Assembly: GCA_051294905.1 (NCBI GenBank)
Contig: CM119373.1
Location: 2,482,001 to 2,546,000 of the forward strand
Origin: Botryllus schlosseri
Taxonomy: Eukaryota
Length of the DNA: 64,000 bases
Direction of reading: 5' to 3'
Shown here: positions 24,063 to 38,581 of the stretch, piece by piece
Position numbering within the stretch: position 1 is the first letter of the stretch
How the letters are laid out: the number at the start of each line of letters is the position of its first letter
Position numbers and translations under genes: made by a program
The notes under the pieces: model-generated
Databases searched by the model: none
What the model was told of the DNA's origin: nothing
Seen by the model: only the letters and a program-made list of their open reading frames with translations

Positions 24063-25565
24063 CTCTTTAGACGTGAAAAGCAGCAAACACAGGCAGAAGC
24101 TACACGTTGATAACGTTGACGCGTGTCACTGAATATCAGAAATAGAATAGGTTTCAAAGTCAAAACGCTGCCCTGCGCTGTGAAGATTATATAACAGTAT
24201 AAGTGGTATTTCGAGTATTGGCGACCAACAAATATACATCGGCTTTGCCCGGCACTTTCGTAAAATAACAATATCATCTGCCAGAGGCTGATATTATGGG
24301 TGATGTCAAATCCAGTGGTGATGGGAAGCGAAGTAGGCTACTTCTACCTTTCGGGGTGCTTCAAGTAGATATTGCATACTCGCACTACTTCCTCAAGTAG
24401 TTATGATTTTAGACTTCTACTTTTACTTGTACTTAACAGTTTAGAGTTTTTCGGCAAAACAAGGCCTAGAATACTTAGTTTTTAATTTCCTTGTAAATCT
24501 CTACTTCTACAATGACGGCCAGACAACGCCCACATCTATAGTGTTCTGGCTGAGTACTTATTTTGCATCTAGCAATTTTGAAAGAAGCTACCTTTGGTTG
24601 ACTGTCAAAAGAATGCTAACTTTCTACCAAATCTACTTTTTGAAATTACTTACAAGAGTGCTTTTCAGTTTGCATGTTTTACCTCAACTTAAAGTAGCTT
24701 TGACATATATTGAAAATCGAGTGCAGAAATATATTTGGCCAAACCTCTACCTCTACTTGGGTATACCAACGCTCACCACTTTGATCGGCTTTGGTAATAT
24801 TACGACTACGAAATTTCAGCATAGATTTTTGCGGTAACTCATACTATACTCAATTAACGCCGCCGTAAACTAAGACTACCCGAACAATTATTCGTGCCGG
24901 CTGCTACGAAGGTATGCAGACAGAGCAAATAGAGCACGCATGCGCATGCGCATGCGCACTTATCTTCGGCCTTCTCAAAATCAGTGTTCCCCTTCAAAAT
25001 TATCTAGTTAAAATGCAAAACGCACCATTACATGCACAATACGCGATTGGCAGGTTGTTGATCTAGCACAAGACTTAAGTATCGTTTGTGATTGCAGCAT
25101 TAAATCCTTCCCCGCTACGCGACACGTACTCAAGGATAGCGTAATCACCGAGGAATGATAGCGCTGAATCGGTGACCCCTTTATGACTCACAATTTTACA
25201 TTCGAAGTTTATCGATGGTAAGACAACGAGCTCTCTAGCTTTTTCTCGCACTGAGTGAAATACGAAAATGTAATTAATATATCATGATTAAAAACTTACC
25301 CGGTAGCAACGTTAATACTGACACGCACACTCACAAATAACACTTCTAAACACGAATATCGCACTATATCCCGTTTCTACATGTAATTTGGGGCGCTGAA
25401 TTCTTATCTGTTTTCTACGTAGTACCAACTATTGAAATTCCAAACTAATCATATTTAGAGAATGTGTTTACTGGTATTAAATACAGCGATGGTCCTTCTT
25501 TTATTAAGGACGATCATTATAAAACCAATACGTGCTATGTGAATTTGCGAACAATTATAACACAT

Positions 25566-27269
25566 CTATTTCATAGTTAGTGTTCTTCCACGGTCAACCA
25601 CAAAATTAGTTCCGGTCATCCAAGCGGATTCATCGGATGCCAAAAAGAGAATGGCCTTCGCGATGTCTTCCGTTGCACTCAATCTTCCGAGCGGGTGGGC
25701 CTCAACAAAGCTTTCTCGAAATCTTTCCAATTCCTCTCCCACGAGTCCGGAATCCCTTAAGATATAGTACACGCTAACTACACATTGTGAGTGTTGTCAT
25801 CTAAAAATGCAGTCTTGTAACACAACTATACCATGCCATAGTGTACTTGACAATAGTATAAAATGAATCACCGCTAAAATTTATTGCATGCCTAGGAGAC
25901 GATGTTTGCCGTAGTTTCTTCTTGGCAAAGTCGTGTCATTTGTCACCGTAAACACTACTATTCCACAAAAATGATCATTCCACCAGATTTAGATCACTCC
26001 AAATTAAATGGTTGCACTCAAGAAAACTGGTGTGCTGCGTTTTGCAACCAAGCTAACAGTGCAATAGGAATAGTCCAATGAACAAAACAGTTCTCTGAGA
26101 AACTAAAGATAATCATACTTATTATAATTGTTCATTTTCGTTTCGATTCAAAGCTACGAAAAGCAGCATGTGAGCCATGCTTCCAAGTCGGCCGCACGGC
26201 ACTTAGACATAGACATGGCTGCAAAGAAATGGGAGGGACTGATGATGAAAAATTTTATCGTCCGTACCGCGTATGATAGAAAAGGGCTGGCTGTCGCAGT
26301 GCAAATAACCTGATGATGCGAAAAGCGCCGAAATAAGGCGTGTGCAACTGTACACCATGCAACTGCAGTGCATTAAATCGCCTAGCCTAAAAGTGCTTGG
26401 ACAGCCAGGTTAGGCTTACATTCAAAACAAAACAAAATTCAAAACGAACATGTTTAAAACGAGGCCCCTGTCTAAAACATGTTTTTTAAGCACTGACGTC
26501 ACGAATATTCAATTGGCACGTTATATTAGATTGACATTGACAATTGAAAATATAGGTTACATATATTTCTTTTACGAAATATCTGTATTATTGTGGTTTA
26601 ACCGACTATTTTGAGGGAACAGACATCCCATATCGATATAATTCGTTTATATCGGGTGGAAATTGCCCGTAGTCTAATACAACATGTTTTCTGGAAAGTA
26701 TTTACAGAATTATGGCATACTTTTACAACTTGAAAAAAAAACACATTTTTTCAGAAAGGCCTTTTTTAAAAAACACTGTTTGAAACATGTCTTAAACAAA
26801 GTGTTTTAAAATACCGTTTGTTCTAAATGAAACCCTAAGCCAGGCTAATTGATAGTCTGAACTAAAATGCCATGAATGACGCAAAATCTGAAATGCGGAT
26901 GTATGTGTGGGTCTTCCGGGGGTAGGGCTGGGAAATGAACTATTTCTAGTCAACAGCATAGCAGTATTGCGATATAGTGGGTTATACTGGAGTATTGGAG
27001 TATCGGCATTGTTGACGAGTATATCCAGATGGTTATACTTCTCTACAACTTTATCCACCACACTTTCGACCTCCTGTCTCCTTTTGAAATCCGCGCGTAT
27101 TTGTAGTAGAACATCATTAGCTCCGTTAACACGACATTCCGCTTCTGCGGAGTTTAATTCGTCTTTATCTGTAATAGCCAACGCCGCGCTTCGCGAAATT
27201 TTTTGCTGTCTCGCGACCGATGCCACTGGCCGCGACGGTTACTAACACAACCTTGCCTGTAAAACTCAT
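25566..27269 (-). pseudogene. Divergent SDR pseudogene B: exon 1 remnant ~27000-27269, exon 2 25566-25755
   Basis: MSFTGKVVLVTVAASGIG then frameshift; homology ends after ILVNNAD (YxxxK region and donor lost); exon 2 AHPLGRL...AILFLASDESAWMTG with acceptor ttaag|G. Confidence 0.85.
26411..26837. mobile_element. MITE, tagggttgcatttaaaac family
   Basis: TSD agccaggt/agccaggc; homologous to 18082-18521. Confidence 0.8.
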
Positions 27270-30160
27270 GTTATCGCACATATTATCGAACAGAGAAACT
27301 GGAGTAGAGCTTCAACGGTCAATCCGCAGCTGCACGCGATATGTTTTGCGCATGTATGCTTTACTTCGTTCAGTTGCAGTGATGCATTGACTACGAACAT
27401 GTTGTATAAGCGCAAGTTTGTTATGTGGTGGTATATTTGCTTTGTTTGTATATGTATACCTTCGATTTAACGTACACGGCTATAGTTGATCCGTGAATGT
27501 GCAATACCCTCGGAGGCATTAAAAGAGTAATATGAGTCACTGCAGAAAACTATAGTCGCATATCGTGGTCATCTTCTTACTAGGGCTGAGCATATCGATC
27601 CCATTATGAGTTCTGATCATTTAAATTAAGTATTGAGAGCCACTGTTTTCAAGTACCGGTATTATACCTTGTTTATTAATTTATCTACGAAAATGGTTGA
27701 GATATTTCCTTACCGCGGCGGATGTCTGGAAACCTCGGTGCGAAGTAGCGTATCTCTCAATACGACGTTTCAACGACAGTTCTGTACAGTGTCGATCAGT
27801 CTACAGGACTGTGTAAAATCCCAGTGACACATCACTGTCAGCAGATTAGGAATATTATAAATGGGTGTAACAGGCATTATTTAGCATGGAAGTAATGCTT
27901 TGAACACGTCATGTCCCGCATAGCGTAATGGCGTCATAATTAATCGTACTCGAATCGAATTTTCATACCCGACTAGGAAACGAATCTCTCAGAAATTCTA
28001 CGTCCACTAGATTATTCAAGTACCCATTCATTAATATGCTACTACTATGCCACATTCATCGAACACGAGTCATTAGAAGATGCGACGGGGGATTGTCACA
28101 CCATAACCTCGATATTATCGGTTTGAAGGAGAGCCTTCCATTATCGACGATCAAAAGTGTGCTGCATAGCGGAAGACGCGTCGCGAACGCTGAGATGTGT
28201 ATTCATTTGTTGGGAAAAAGGAGATACCGGCATCTCCAGCATGTTCGCAGTTTCTTGCGCGCGTGGCGTATTGGTGAAATCGCATCTGGCTGGTAATCTG
28301 ATGTCCGAATGAATCTTTTGTCATCGAGTGGTTCAATAATAATAATAATCAGTAATCGTCGGATTATATTTTCATCCGATCATGACACGCACAATACACA
28401 AGACACAATGAAATGTGGCGAACAGATAGGAGGATGCCGAAACGAGAAATCTGGCATCCACCTTTTACCCAGTGCCCGATGGCACAGTTTATCCGGTGGT
28501 AGAAGCTCTTTCTTTCTCTTTACATCCTATTTCATTTTAATTACGTCCATCATCGGGTTGTTTTCGGAGCTTTTCAGCTGCCCATATCAAACTCCATGTC
28601 GGATTCGGATCCGGACTCGGTTCGCCACGGTTGCTAACACTCGATGTCACCACTACGCCAACTGCCGTGTGTGCGCGCGAACGTGGAGCGTATACCAGGT
28701 TATTTACATCGTAAGTTCATCAACACAACGGAAGTGATCTGAGTCTTGTATCATATGCATTTACGTATGTACTCAAAACTTTTTTCTCTGCTGGGTACCC
28801 GTTTTGCTTGGTATTATCGTCATTTTGTCGCCTTTTACAAGCCACTAGGGAATTGGTGATATTAAACGTTTGCGATACTACCACGCATTTGCACACTGCA
28901 CAGCCTATTTATCAAATCTGACGCATTATGACGTCACACTATGTGACGTCATCGATCTCACACACCTACGGAAAATTAACGTCCGGCGCCTATGGATCAC
29001 GATACCAGCAAATTTAGCGCGTTGCTACAATGTCGCTACGTTGCTTCTTTGAACGTGCGTACTCTCATGATACATCTGTTCAATGATGTTCTAAAACTAA
29101 TCGAGATTTAAGGTCCTCCATAGTCTGGTGACAGTGTCGAAAGGGATTTTCCTTGTGATAACACAGTCCTTTGTCACCAGGGACCAACAGTTTCGGTGCT
29201 AGTAAACGCAGACGCCATCATTAATACTCAACTTGAGTCGTTGTGCAGAGCACTATAGCAGTAACACAGGTAGTAGCGTTACCGTGATAGCGATGGCGCG
29301 TGTCACTGAATATCATAAATAGTATAGAATAATATAGTATAACGAAAGATACTTTCCTAGATTCTCGGATAAAAAGTCTCTGTCCTTACTAAGTAGCTTG
29401 CCAAGAATGGAGAAAGAACGTGCGACAGCAGCAGTTGTTGGGTGACAACACTGAAGTTGTGCGTACACTGCTGGTGACACACAGTGCTGCTTCATTCTGA
29501 GATTGTTGTCCACATCACAATTTTTCATCAAGAGCATCTTGATATGAGAATCACGCAATGCCCAAGCAGTCTTACTTTAGTTAGGATATTGCCGTACATT
29601 GACCATAACACCATTTCCACCTATTTGTTTATGATTCACAATGAAAAGACAATGGGCCGTCTACAACTGTAGGCTAGGGCTGTTCAAAAATAACTTTTTT
29701 TCCCGGATTCCAGCCATTCACTGGTTAAATTGTCAGGTTACCCTAAAAAACGCTGCACACTAAATTTGGTTCGATTCTAACAAGTATAGGACTCCGCAGA
29801 TCCAATAAAAACTTTTAATTTATCATAGAAAATTGAAAAAAAAAAATTTCCAAATTTTTCTGCCAACCCCATGAAATTGTTGAACTCTCTTCAAAGACGT
29901 TGCAAAACAAATTTGAGTCAATTCCGACCAGTAGAAGCGGAGTTATGTGAGTTTTTCGTTGATAAATCGCGGATTATACACCGATCAAGGATGATCCGAG
30001 GATCACGCCCATTCACGTAGCACGAAGGCCTAATTCCACAATGCATCTCGTACACCCTGATGTGGTGTTTAGTACCCCAGTGGGGTCTACGGACCCAGGT
30101 TAAAAAACCCTGGAATAGAAATGTTGAATCGGCGAAGAATTTATCGGTGTTACTGTAGAG

Positions 30161-31718
30161 CAGGGGTGGGCAACATACGGCCCGCGGGCCGGATCCGGCC
30201 CGCGGACAGTTTTTCGACTTACATGATAATGTGGCCCGCCGGCCCCAGTCTTCCGAGATTCCCCACTAGTTGCTCACATACATTTTAGTGATTGTATGTT
30301 TTTATACACATGTAGGCACAGCAAGCGAGGGTGGAGCTTACGCGTAAGTTCGTCGAAGCGAGAAGACTTGCATTATCGGCATTTACGATGTACTGAACCC
30401 TAATGTCATTTGTGGTAATAATGGTGTTTGTCGACGACAATGGTCATTTACACCAGGCCGATATTTCTTATTTTTGATTCCGTAACCGTCGACTTGTAGC
30501 ACGTCCCACACTTCTAGGCTTTTGTAAGACACCGATTATGCCAGGTGTCGCCAACTGAAAACGGGTCGTGGGCCAATTTCAAATTTCGAGGCCGCGGACC
30601 GCATGAATTCAATATCGAGATAGACAGGCCGCACAGTTTAACAACCACGCTATCTCGTCACCTACTTAATCCTAATGCATTGATATCTTGGTAAATTTGG
30701 GGTACCGGGCTTATTGAACGCCTTGAAATCTTGATGAAGGATTGCACCGTGTGTTGATTGATCAGAGAGAAGCAGACATGGTGGTACCTGTATGACAGGG
30801 GTGCTACCTGTATGACAGGGGTGGCCAACTTGCGGCCGTAGAAGCAAATTTGTGCGACCGTGGACATGTAATTCAATTATTAGGTGTTGCTGGCCGTCGA
30901 CGTGGAATTTGAATTTACGAATTGACTCCCGATTTCTTGAAAGATTTTAATTATTCTTGAAAGTTTCTTCGCGCAGCGCGCGATTCAATGCGACTTTATT
31001 TTTCGATTTTAATATAGTTGCGCACTTTGCAATCAGAGCCCCACAGTACAGTTGTGAACAGATGCGACACATATAGAGATACCAACTCGGAATCGTGTTC
31101 TCCTCACTATACCGACAATCCTGATTGGAGGTCAAGACATGCAAAGAACAGCATGCAACAAAGTGACTAATAATAATTGGCCTGCCCTGACCGATCCTCC
31201 ACCAACTCTACCGGTGAATCTGATCACATGGGATGAGAAATAATATGTAGAACTACTAATTTTCATGACGAAATTCATTAATGAATCTGAAAAAAGTTTC
31301 GCGCTTTGCGCGACTATGAACATCCTACAATATTTAATAGATTAGTACGGAGTTCGCCGGAAATGGACATAGACACTTTAACATGAGTATTTGGCGTTCT
31401 GCTAGTTCATTACGACTATTTCCTGGAATGCGGCCGTAGGCTACATGAGTAGTCGAAATGCGGCCGTGACTTGCAAAAAGATTGGCCACTTCTGCTGTAT
31501 GAGAGTGCTGTTCTCAAATCCACATTGTCTCCGTCCTTATGGGCGAGAAATGGCTTTGAAATTGCATTGCTGTCGTTAAAATACATTCATTAAATACGAT
31601 TTCTTCCTTGTATACGTGGATAAATGGGCGAATAATGTATCGATTCAGCAATCCGGCCCGCCAAGTACTTAATTTTCCTATATCCGGCCCGCCGACTTGA
31701 AGAAGTTGCCCGCCCCTG
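30161..31718. mobile_element. hAT (Charlie-like) element, caggggtgggcaac family, with nested MITE 30816-31494
   Basis: Perfect TSD ctgtagag; nested element TSD ctgtatga; homologs at 49502 and 60641. Confidence 0.88.
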
Positions 31719-32515
31719 CTGTAGAGCGTATACTACCTTGCTCGCCACCGATAATAACATGGATAAAGAGAACAAACAACACCCAGCATGTAACCAACTA
31801 TACGCCACGGGGTCACAAAATACCCTACACAGAATAACCTACGCAACGCAAGCTCCAATATATTACTATTTCCCATAGATTATCGCGTCCGTACGATTAC
31901 AAGTCACCGTTCGGAGTCGCAAGTCCTTCTCTAATGTTAACGTTTGACCCGACTCGACTCGAGTCATTTTTATTTTATCACCCAGTCAATCCGAAATCGA
32001 GTAATTTTACGAGAAGGTCGCACCAAACCAAATCACAATTTCCATTCACGAATCATCAACGGGTTATTTTTCATCATCATGAACTGGAAATGTAACGTAA
32101 TATATCTGATTTTCTAGCGCATGGTAGCTTTTAAAAGTGACGTGATAGTGAAGTTTGTCGAGATTTTAGTAATTTTTCGCGTGAACTTTAAGTTCTTATA
32201 TCTAAAAAAGATATATTGTTGAATACTTGAAATTCCTAAATGCCGTCGCGTACTGCACAAAATGCTCTCGCGGGCTGCGTGTTTGAGACCTCTGCTGTAA
32301 AGTATCAAATGATAATTTCACCGACGGTGCAAAATCTACGATACAACAAAATGCAGGGGTCAAAGATATTTTCACTTCGTAAACAATTTTCACTATTTTT
32401 TGACCTAACGCTAACACAATTTTGACTCATTTTGACATGTCAAAAGAAATCGCCCTAATAATCATACACCGATCATGTATTGACTGTCCATTATACCGAT
32501 ACCAACAAGGGATCG

Positions 32516-32717
32516 CTATGTTCCGAGGTATGATAAGGTCAGAGACCTGCCACCGTCAATCAAAAAATTGCTTCCGGTGGTTCAAGAGGAGTCGCCAGAT
32601 GCCAAAAACAGAATTGCTTGTGAGATCTCTTTTGTCGTACCGACTCTGCCGATCGGAAAAGCACGGGATTTACGTTCATAAAATGCATCCAATTCGTCTC
32701 CCTCGAGTCCAGATGAC
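32516..32717 (-). pseudogene. SDR pseudogene C exon 2 with premature stop
   Basis: Acceptor ttaaag|G; SSGLEGDELDAFYERK...FLASGDSS*TTG; TGA at 32582-32584 replaces conserved Trp. Confidence 0.85.
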
Positions 32718-34556
32718 CTTTAACGTAAGGTGAATCGCAATTAATGGTCTACAAGGTCGTGAGTTTGTGTGTACATAGATCTGTTTCGACAGAAGGTAGT
32801 ATTTGAATTGGGGAACTGACACCGAAACACCGGTTCAATCATGAAACTGTGATCAGTGGCTCCCAACCTTTTTCGGTGTGAGGGCCAAATTTAAAATTTT
32901 AGAGTACGGTCGGGCCCGCACGAATACTAGGGCAATGAAACGGACCCAAATAGTCATCAAAATATGAAAATTGGAACTGTTCCGATCAATCGCTCGACGC
33001 CATTAGCGATTGTTTGGTCATTGTGTTGCCGTGCTCCCATTGTTCAGAACAATCAACTTTTGATGGCAATTTGGAGTAATTTTATCGCCCAGGCGAGATT
33101 TCAAACTGTACACTGTTTACCGCTACTTGTCTGCTGCATTGGGTGTCTATTGAGTGAATCAGCTTTTCTCGCGTCAACGCGAGAAGCGCGAGAAATTTCT
33201 TTACTTCATGACTGAATCGATCAATACGATCGGGAATTGCATATATTGCTCTCAATTTTCATCCTGTCACTGTTCACGTAATATGATTTACCAGTTGAGC
33301 TGAGTGAGGTGTGTTTGAAAAGGTATAGGCCCCCTCAATAATAATTAAACATCTCCGGGGGTATACCCGTTGGCAGGAATGTAACAGCACTTCGTCAGCC
33401 CCCGGGCTCTAATAGGGTGATAAACTGACCCCGCATCACGTTTTTCGCTTTTGCCACGAAATTAAAGTTGTATTGTTTAGTGAGCCAACGCGATGCGCGA
33501 AGATTTCGATAATTCATGATAAAATCGGTGAATAAGATCGGGAATTGCATGGTTGTCCTCTCTGCTCACGTAATCAGATTTACCGGTACACTGTAAAAAA
33601 TCTGGTAGATTTACTGGGAAATCTCTGTAAATTTTGCAACGAATTACCGGTAGCTGCCAATAACTGTGCCTAGCTTGTAATTTTACATTTTGATATGTAA
33701 TATTACCTCAATTTAGCTCTAAAGTCAAGTTACCAGAATTTCTTCGCAAAATTACTGACAGTTACTCGTTACTGAAGTTTACCAGGCTATTGGCAAAATT
33801 GATTAGCTTGAAAATCTCTGCAGCCAATGTATACGTGGAACTCAATGCTACTGATATCATTCTCGTGGTGATTTGACGTGATTCAACCTCGTTCGCGAGT
33901 CTGGGGTCTATCATACGGAAATTGCTGTTGGTCCTAGTACCAATTTCAGTATAGTACATAGTAGGGTAAAAGAAACAACTCACAATCGTAGATACCCACT
34001 ATATTATATTATAAGGCTATGGCTATACGGCCGATCTCGCTGGTTACATTCATTGTCACGGATAGGAGTGATGAGTTAGAATATCAGTTTAGGATGTATA
34101 ATATTGTTCGGGAAACTAGAAACATCAGCAACGCATGCCAAGTTGACCATTTGTTAATGGCGAACAAGGCGACCTGTAATAGGTTACATTAGGTTACCGT
34201 TACGCGTTACGAAAAACAACCAACGCACAACTATGACATCACAAGCAGCGTCTGGTTAAGTAAGTACGGTAAGTAGTGACAACACATGGAATAAATATCA
34301 ATTTATACGCAATTAAATAGAAAAGAAAGGGGCTAGATGTAATGATACCTGTTTCTGTATGAAAAAACTACCTAAATCAAACATTATAACGCAGTGGCCA
34401 CTAAATATTATTGGTGGCTTGTCAGCGGATGAATACCACTTATTTCGAAATCGTGAGAGTGTCGTATCGTCGTCTACTCAAATCTCAATTCTCAATAATG
34501 GCCAAAGGGCGGAGCGAAGCTTGTTGTGCTTGAAGAAAGTGGACACGATCGTTGAA

Positions 34557-35786
34557 CAGTGGTGCCACTCCTAGTGTTTTAACACTAGATCTAGTGTTTT
34601 TTCGGTCGTCCTAGTGTTCTAGTGTTTTTTTTCGCCAAATTTTGCTCATCTAGTGTTTTTCTGCAATTATGCGAATGATGAATATTCTAACGTTAGACGA
34701 CTTAATTATACGCTAAATTTATCGCTAATGAGGCGATTTGGAGCCTCTAGCTGTGTTTGTTTTCAACAATTCTATGTGGTGGTGCAGTAACACGCAATTA
34801 TTACGTAACAGGGTGCTCTGTGAATCCGTACTTATGAGCGAAAGTCTCTGAAAAAATGTAGAGCGATTTCGCTCTGATGCTCTGTCGTTTCTTGTTGAAC
34901 TCAGTGTGCAGATTCGGGCAAGACATACATTTGCCGAGACAGACAGACAAACATACAGTTTTACTGAAAAAAATTGCAATAAAAATATAATTCATGCTGC
35001 AGCTATACGATCCTTCAGGATTCCCGCGGATCCTCCCGCCAGCTGCATTGATGGAGTGCTAATTAAGCATTGTTCAATTCGAGTCTCGCGTCATCAATAA
35101 TAATAAATATTTAAAAATGTAAGCAGGTCCAAGAATAGTAAGAAGAAGAATAGTAAAATCAATCATTCCTCTAGCTATCCAATTTCCCTCTGTCATATTA
35201 TATGGTGAACTTGAACTTTGGCAAGATCGCAAAATGAGCTGCAGTTTATCAGTCAAAGCCCTCCAACAGAATTTTTGCAAAAATTGAAATCTGTGTACAA
35301 TGGATTCGGAGAATCAAAATTCCATTTACTGGGGAAGCTCATGACAAATCTCTTGGCATTACCACATTCCACTGCATTTGCGGAATTGAAGTATGGTGCA
35401 TATGGAAACCTCCCCATTGTTTGGTTGAAGATGTGCGGTAGTCAGCAAGATGCCCCACAAAAGATACTTATGTTTGATAGATGGTGTACAATCGAAAGAT
35501 AATTTTTATGATGCCGCACAATTCGAAAGCAACAAATTTGATTTTTTTTGCGCTGTTGAATTCGTTTCATTAATTTTCGTTGAATAATCATGCAGTATAT
35601 CATTCATATGTATCGAATTCATGTGCGGAACACTTCTTATCTGTAGATATGTACCTTGGTCATCATGATTCCTTGGCAAGGGCAAATTTTTCCTGCAGTT
35701 TACTAATCTAGTGTTTTTTTCGCCAATCTAGTGTTTTTTCACGACATAATCTTGTGTTTTTTCGGGAACCTAGAGTGGCAACGCTG
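34557..35786 (+). mobile_element. hAT deletion derivative with transposase C-terminal remnant
   Basis: cagtggtgccactc ... gagtggcaacgctg; perfect TSD tcgttgaa (single in copy 2); ORF 35218 contains KLMTNLLALPHSTAFAE, resembling the hAT dimerisation domain. Confidence 0.85.
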
Positions 35787-36130
35787 TCGTTGAAGATTCC
35801 TAGGAATGCTGATTGGGATACGCATCGTAAAAGGTACAGTACTACATAGTATTCGTTACCGTGAATATCTACGACTGTGCACACCACCGGGATGACTTTG
35901 ATTTCATAATTGAAATATTTCATTAGCCGCATTCTCTGTTCTATTTTGTGATGTTAGTCGACTTATATACTGACCTGTGACGCCACATACTCTGCCGCGG
36001 AGTAGTTGAAACTGTTGGCATGTTAATGTCATTTTGGGGCTCTAGCATAGAGATGTTTCCATTCACTGCAGGATTTGTTTGGCACACATGCCACCTCAAA
36101 TGAGGAACCTTTTGCTTCAATACATTAGAT

Positions 36131-37139
36131 CAGTGGTTCTCAACCTGGGGAACGCGAGAAATTGACTAAGTCTGTATGAATTCTGACTAAACATGTGTTT
36201 CGCAACCATTTTCAGAAGACGATTGTTGAAGATGAAACTTATTTCGTATTCAAGAAACCTCGCCAAATTCGAACTCCAGCAGTCGCGCTCAACTTCATTT
36301 AAGCGAATTTTTGATATTCTTTGAAGATTTAGAGGAATTACCACATGTAAGTCATTCATTACTTCATAGCTTGGCAGTAGCCTAAAGCTCGTTCCGCTGG
36401 GTAGCTGTTGTTAATAGCTGGCGAACTGCACTGCGTAAAACAGACTTAGATGCAATATAGGTTGCTTGGTTTCACCCTCAATTAAGCTACCCTATATCAA
36501 CACAATTCAATTCAATTCCAAAACTGATCTAATTGAGCATGGCAGTACATAGAACGACGCCTTGTTCACTGTAGTCACCACCAGCATTAGGATTAGTCTC
36601 AGTGCAACCTATCTTGAAACAAATTGATCTCCTGTCCAATGTTTTTTTGCTATTTTCAAACAAGTTTGGGGAAATTTGTCGAAAATGTTAAAGACTGGAA
36701 TACGGATTCAAACGTGGCGTAAGACATACCATATGTATACTATTACATCAGGGATGGGCAACCTGCTGTCGTAGATGGGAATTTGTGTGGCCGTCAACAC
36801 CTAATTCAATTAGTATGTGTTAGCATCCGTCGACATGCAAATTGAAATTACTAATTCACTCCCAATTTTTTTAGAGATTCTAATTATTTTTGAAATTTTC
36901 TTCGCGCTCCACGCAATTCAACATAACTAATATAGTAGCGCCCTTCTAAATCTGAGCAGGAATCAGAATCGTGTGCTCCTCACAAAAGAAATTTTTTTAT
37001 GGTGCATTTGGGCGATTTCAATATATTTCCACTACCGATACGATGGACGGGGGTCAAGAAATAACAGCATGCAATAAAGTGCATGACTAATAATAATTGG
37101 CCCACACGAAGATGCATTATCATTTATAACTGCCCGCTG
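36131..37139. mobile_element. Composite hAT-type insertion
   Basis: TSD cattagat/catttgat; empty site in copy 2 near 39315. Confidence 0.65.
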
Positions 37140-38581
37140 CATTTGATAAAGTAAGTCATGAATCTCTGCTATATCATGTAAAAGGCGGAGCCGTCACCAC
37201 AATATGTACCAGTACCGGTGCTTCAAAAATTGTTATATTTTTGTTACCCTATTTGTCTTAGTAGTCTTTATAATGTCATATCTAGGTTAGGGAGTTTGCT
37301 TAATATAGCGACTTGAATTCTTTTTAGTGGAACTGCAAGATACTAGCTACACAGAAGGAATGAGGTCGAGAAAAAGAAACAATTGGAAGTTTGGCCAATT
37401 GTTGGAGACCACTCGTGTTACTGCATGTCTCCCAAAGAAGAAGTATACCTCCTGCAGCAATACTTCCATCGATAATCTTCTCATCGTGAATCATGAATGA
37501 ATATACAGTTTGTTCCAATGTCGTTTTGGGGTGTGAAGAAGCTTTTGCGATATTTTAGCATAGGGTTGCTTAGCGATAGGTATGGGATGTACGTGAATTT
37601 ACAAGCTGGTATGTAATCCTGATTTACACAGACAGCATGTATATAGGTAGGCGGTAAAATTACAGTCTGAGTGGCAAATATACAGGGTAAAATGTAGATT
37701 GGATATACCAGAGGCGACTGTAACATTACAGTCTGGCGTGTAAAGTGAGATTACCGGACGAGTGTAAGTTAAATTTACATTGACTAACGGTAATGTTACA
37801 TTACCACGAAATGTCTGGCTACCGTGCTTCCAAACATTTCGCGGTAAATCGAGGTTTTTTTTTTTACAGTGTAGAGCTGAGTGAGAGGTGTCTTTAAAAC
37901 TGTAGATCCCGTAAAATTGAACATCTTCGGGCGGGCGGACCCCTTGGTATGACTTTTTCACATGATGTTATTTCGTGACCTCCTGTCTGCTATATCAAAA
38001 AATGTAGAATTGCCCAAACCTACTAAACTGAAAGATCACACGATTTCAGATTGGTATTTCTTGACTGGCATATAATATTTTTTCCTGCGGGATGGTATAT
38101 TTGTCTTGTGAGGTTCAGATTGCCAAGACAGGAACATTCGGCGCCAGTCATTTAGGGGCCTATATGGACAATTAAAGCTATATGTATTTTGTACATATAA
38201 CGAAGTTTTTGGTCTGCATAAAAGCAGTTCTTTACGGCCAAGGTTTTCTCGCTGCCGATCGTTCTGGCACACTTCTTGGAGTCGCATGTTACAGGGCCTA
38301 AAAATTTATATGTCTTGGTGAGTTGTGGTGCGGTAATGGCCAACGTCGATATGCCTATTTCTATAAATCTTGCCTAATTTTTTCAAGGGGAAGAGTACCC
38401 AATCATCAAGATATGTGGCGCATTTAAATCGCGCATAGCGCGAAAATTTTTTGGAAAAGTTGCATAAATTTTCAAAAAATACTCTATAATTATGCTAATT
38501 CACGAAATAATTTTGGGCCCCTTTCGAGCTCGACCCGCCTCAATTGGTGGGTTTGGGGTGTGGCAGTTACGGCCATGGCTA

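Larger units (their letters stand above)
33589..37871 (+). mobile_element. Non-autonomous CACTG-ended (EnSpm/CACTA-like) element, copy 1, with two nested insertions
   Basis: TA|cactgtaaaaaa ... ttttttacagtg|TA; colinear in reverse with 38582-40649. Confidence 0.85.

Noticed and set aside
28036..28737. ORF cluster with a KYNPTITDYY stretch resembling a Ras effector loop on the minus strand
   Set aside because: Flanked by stops, no P-loop or other GTPase motifs
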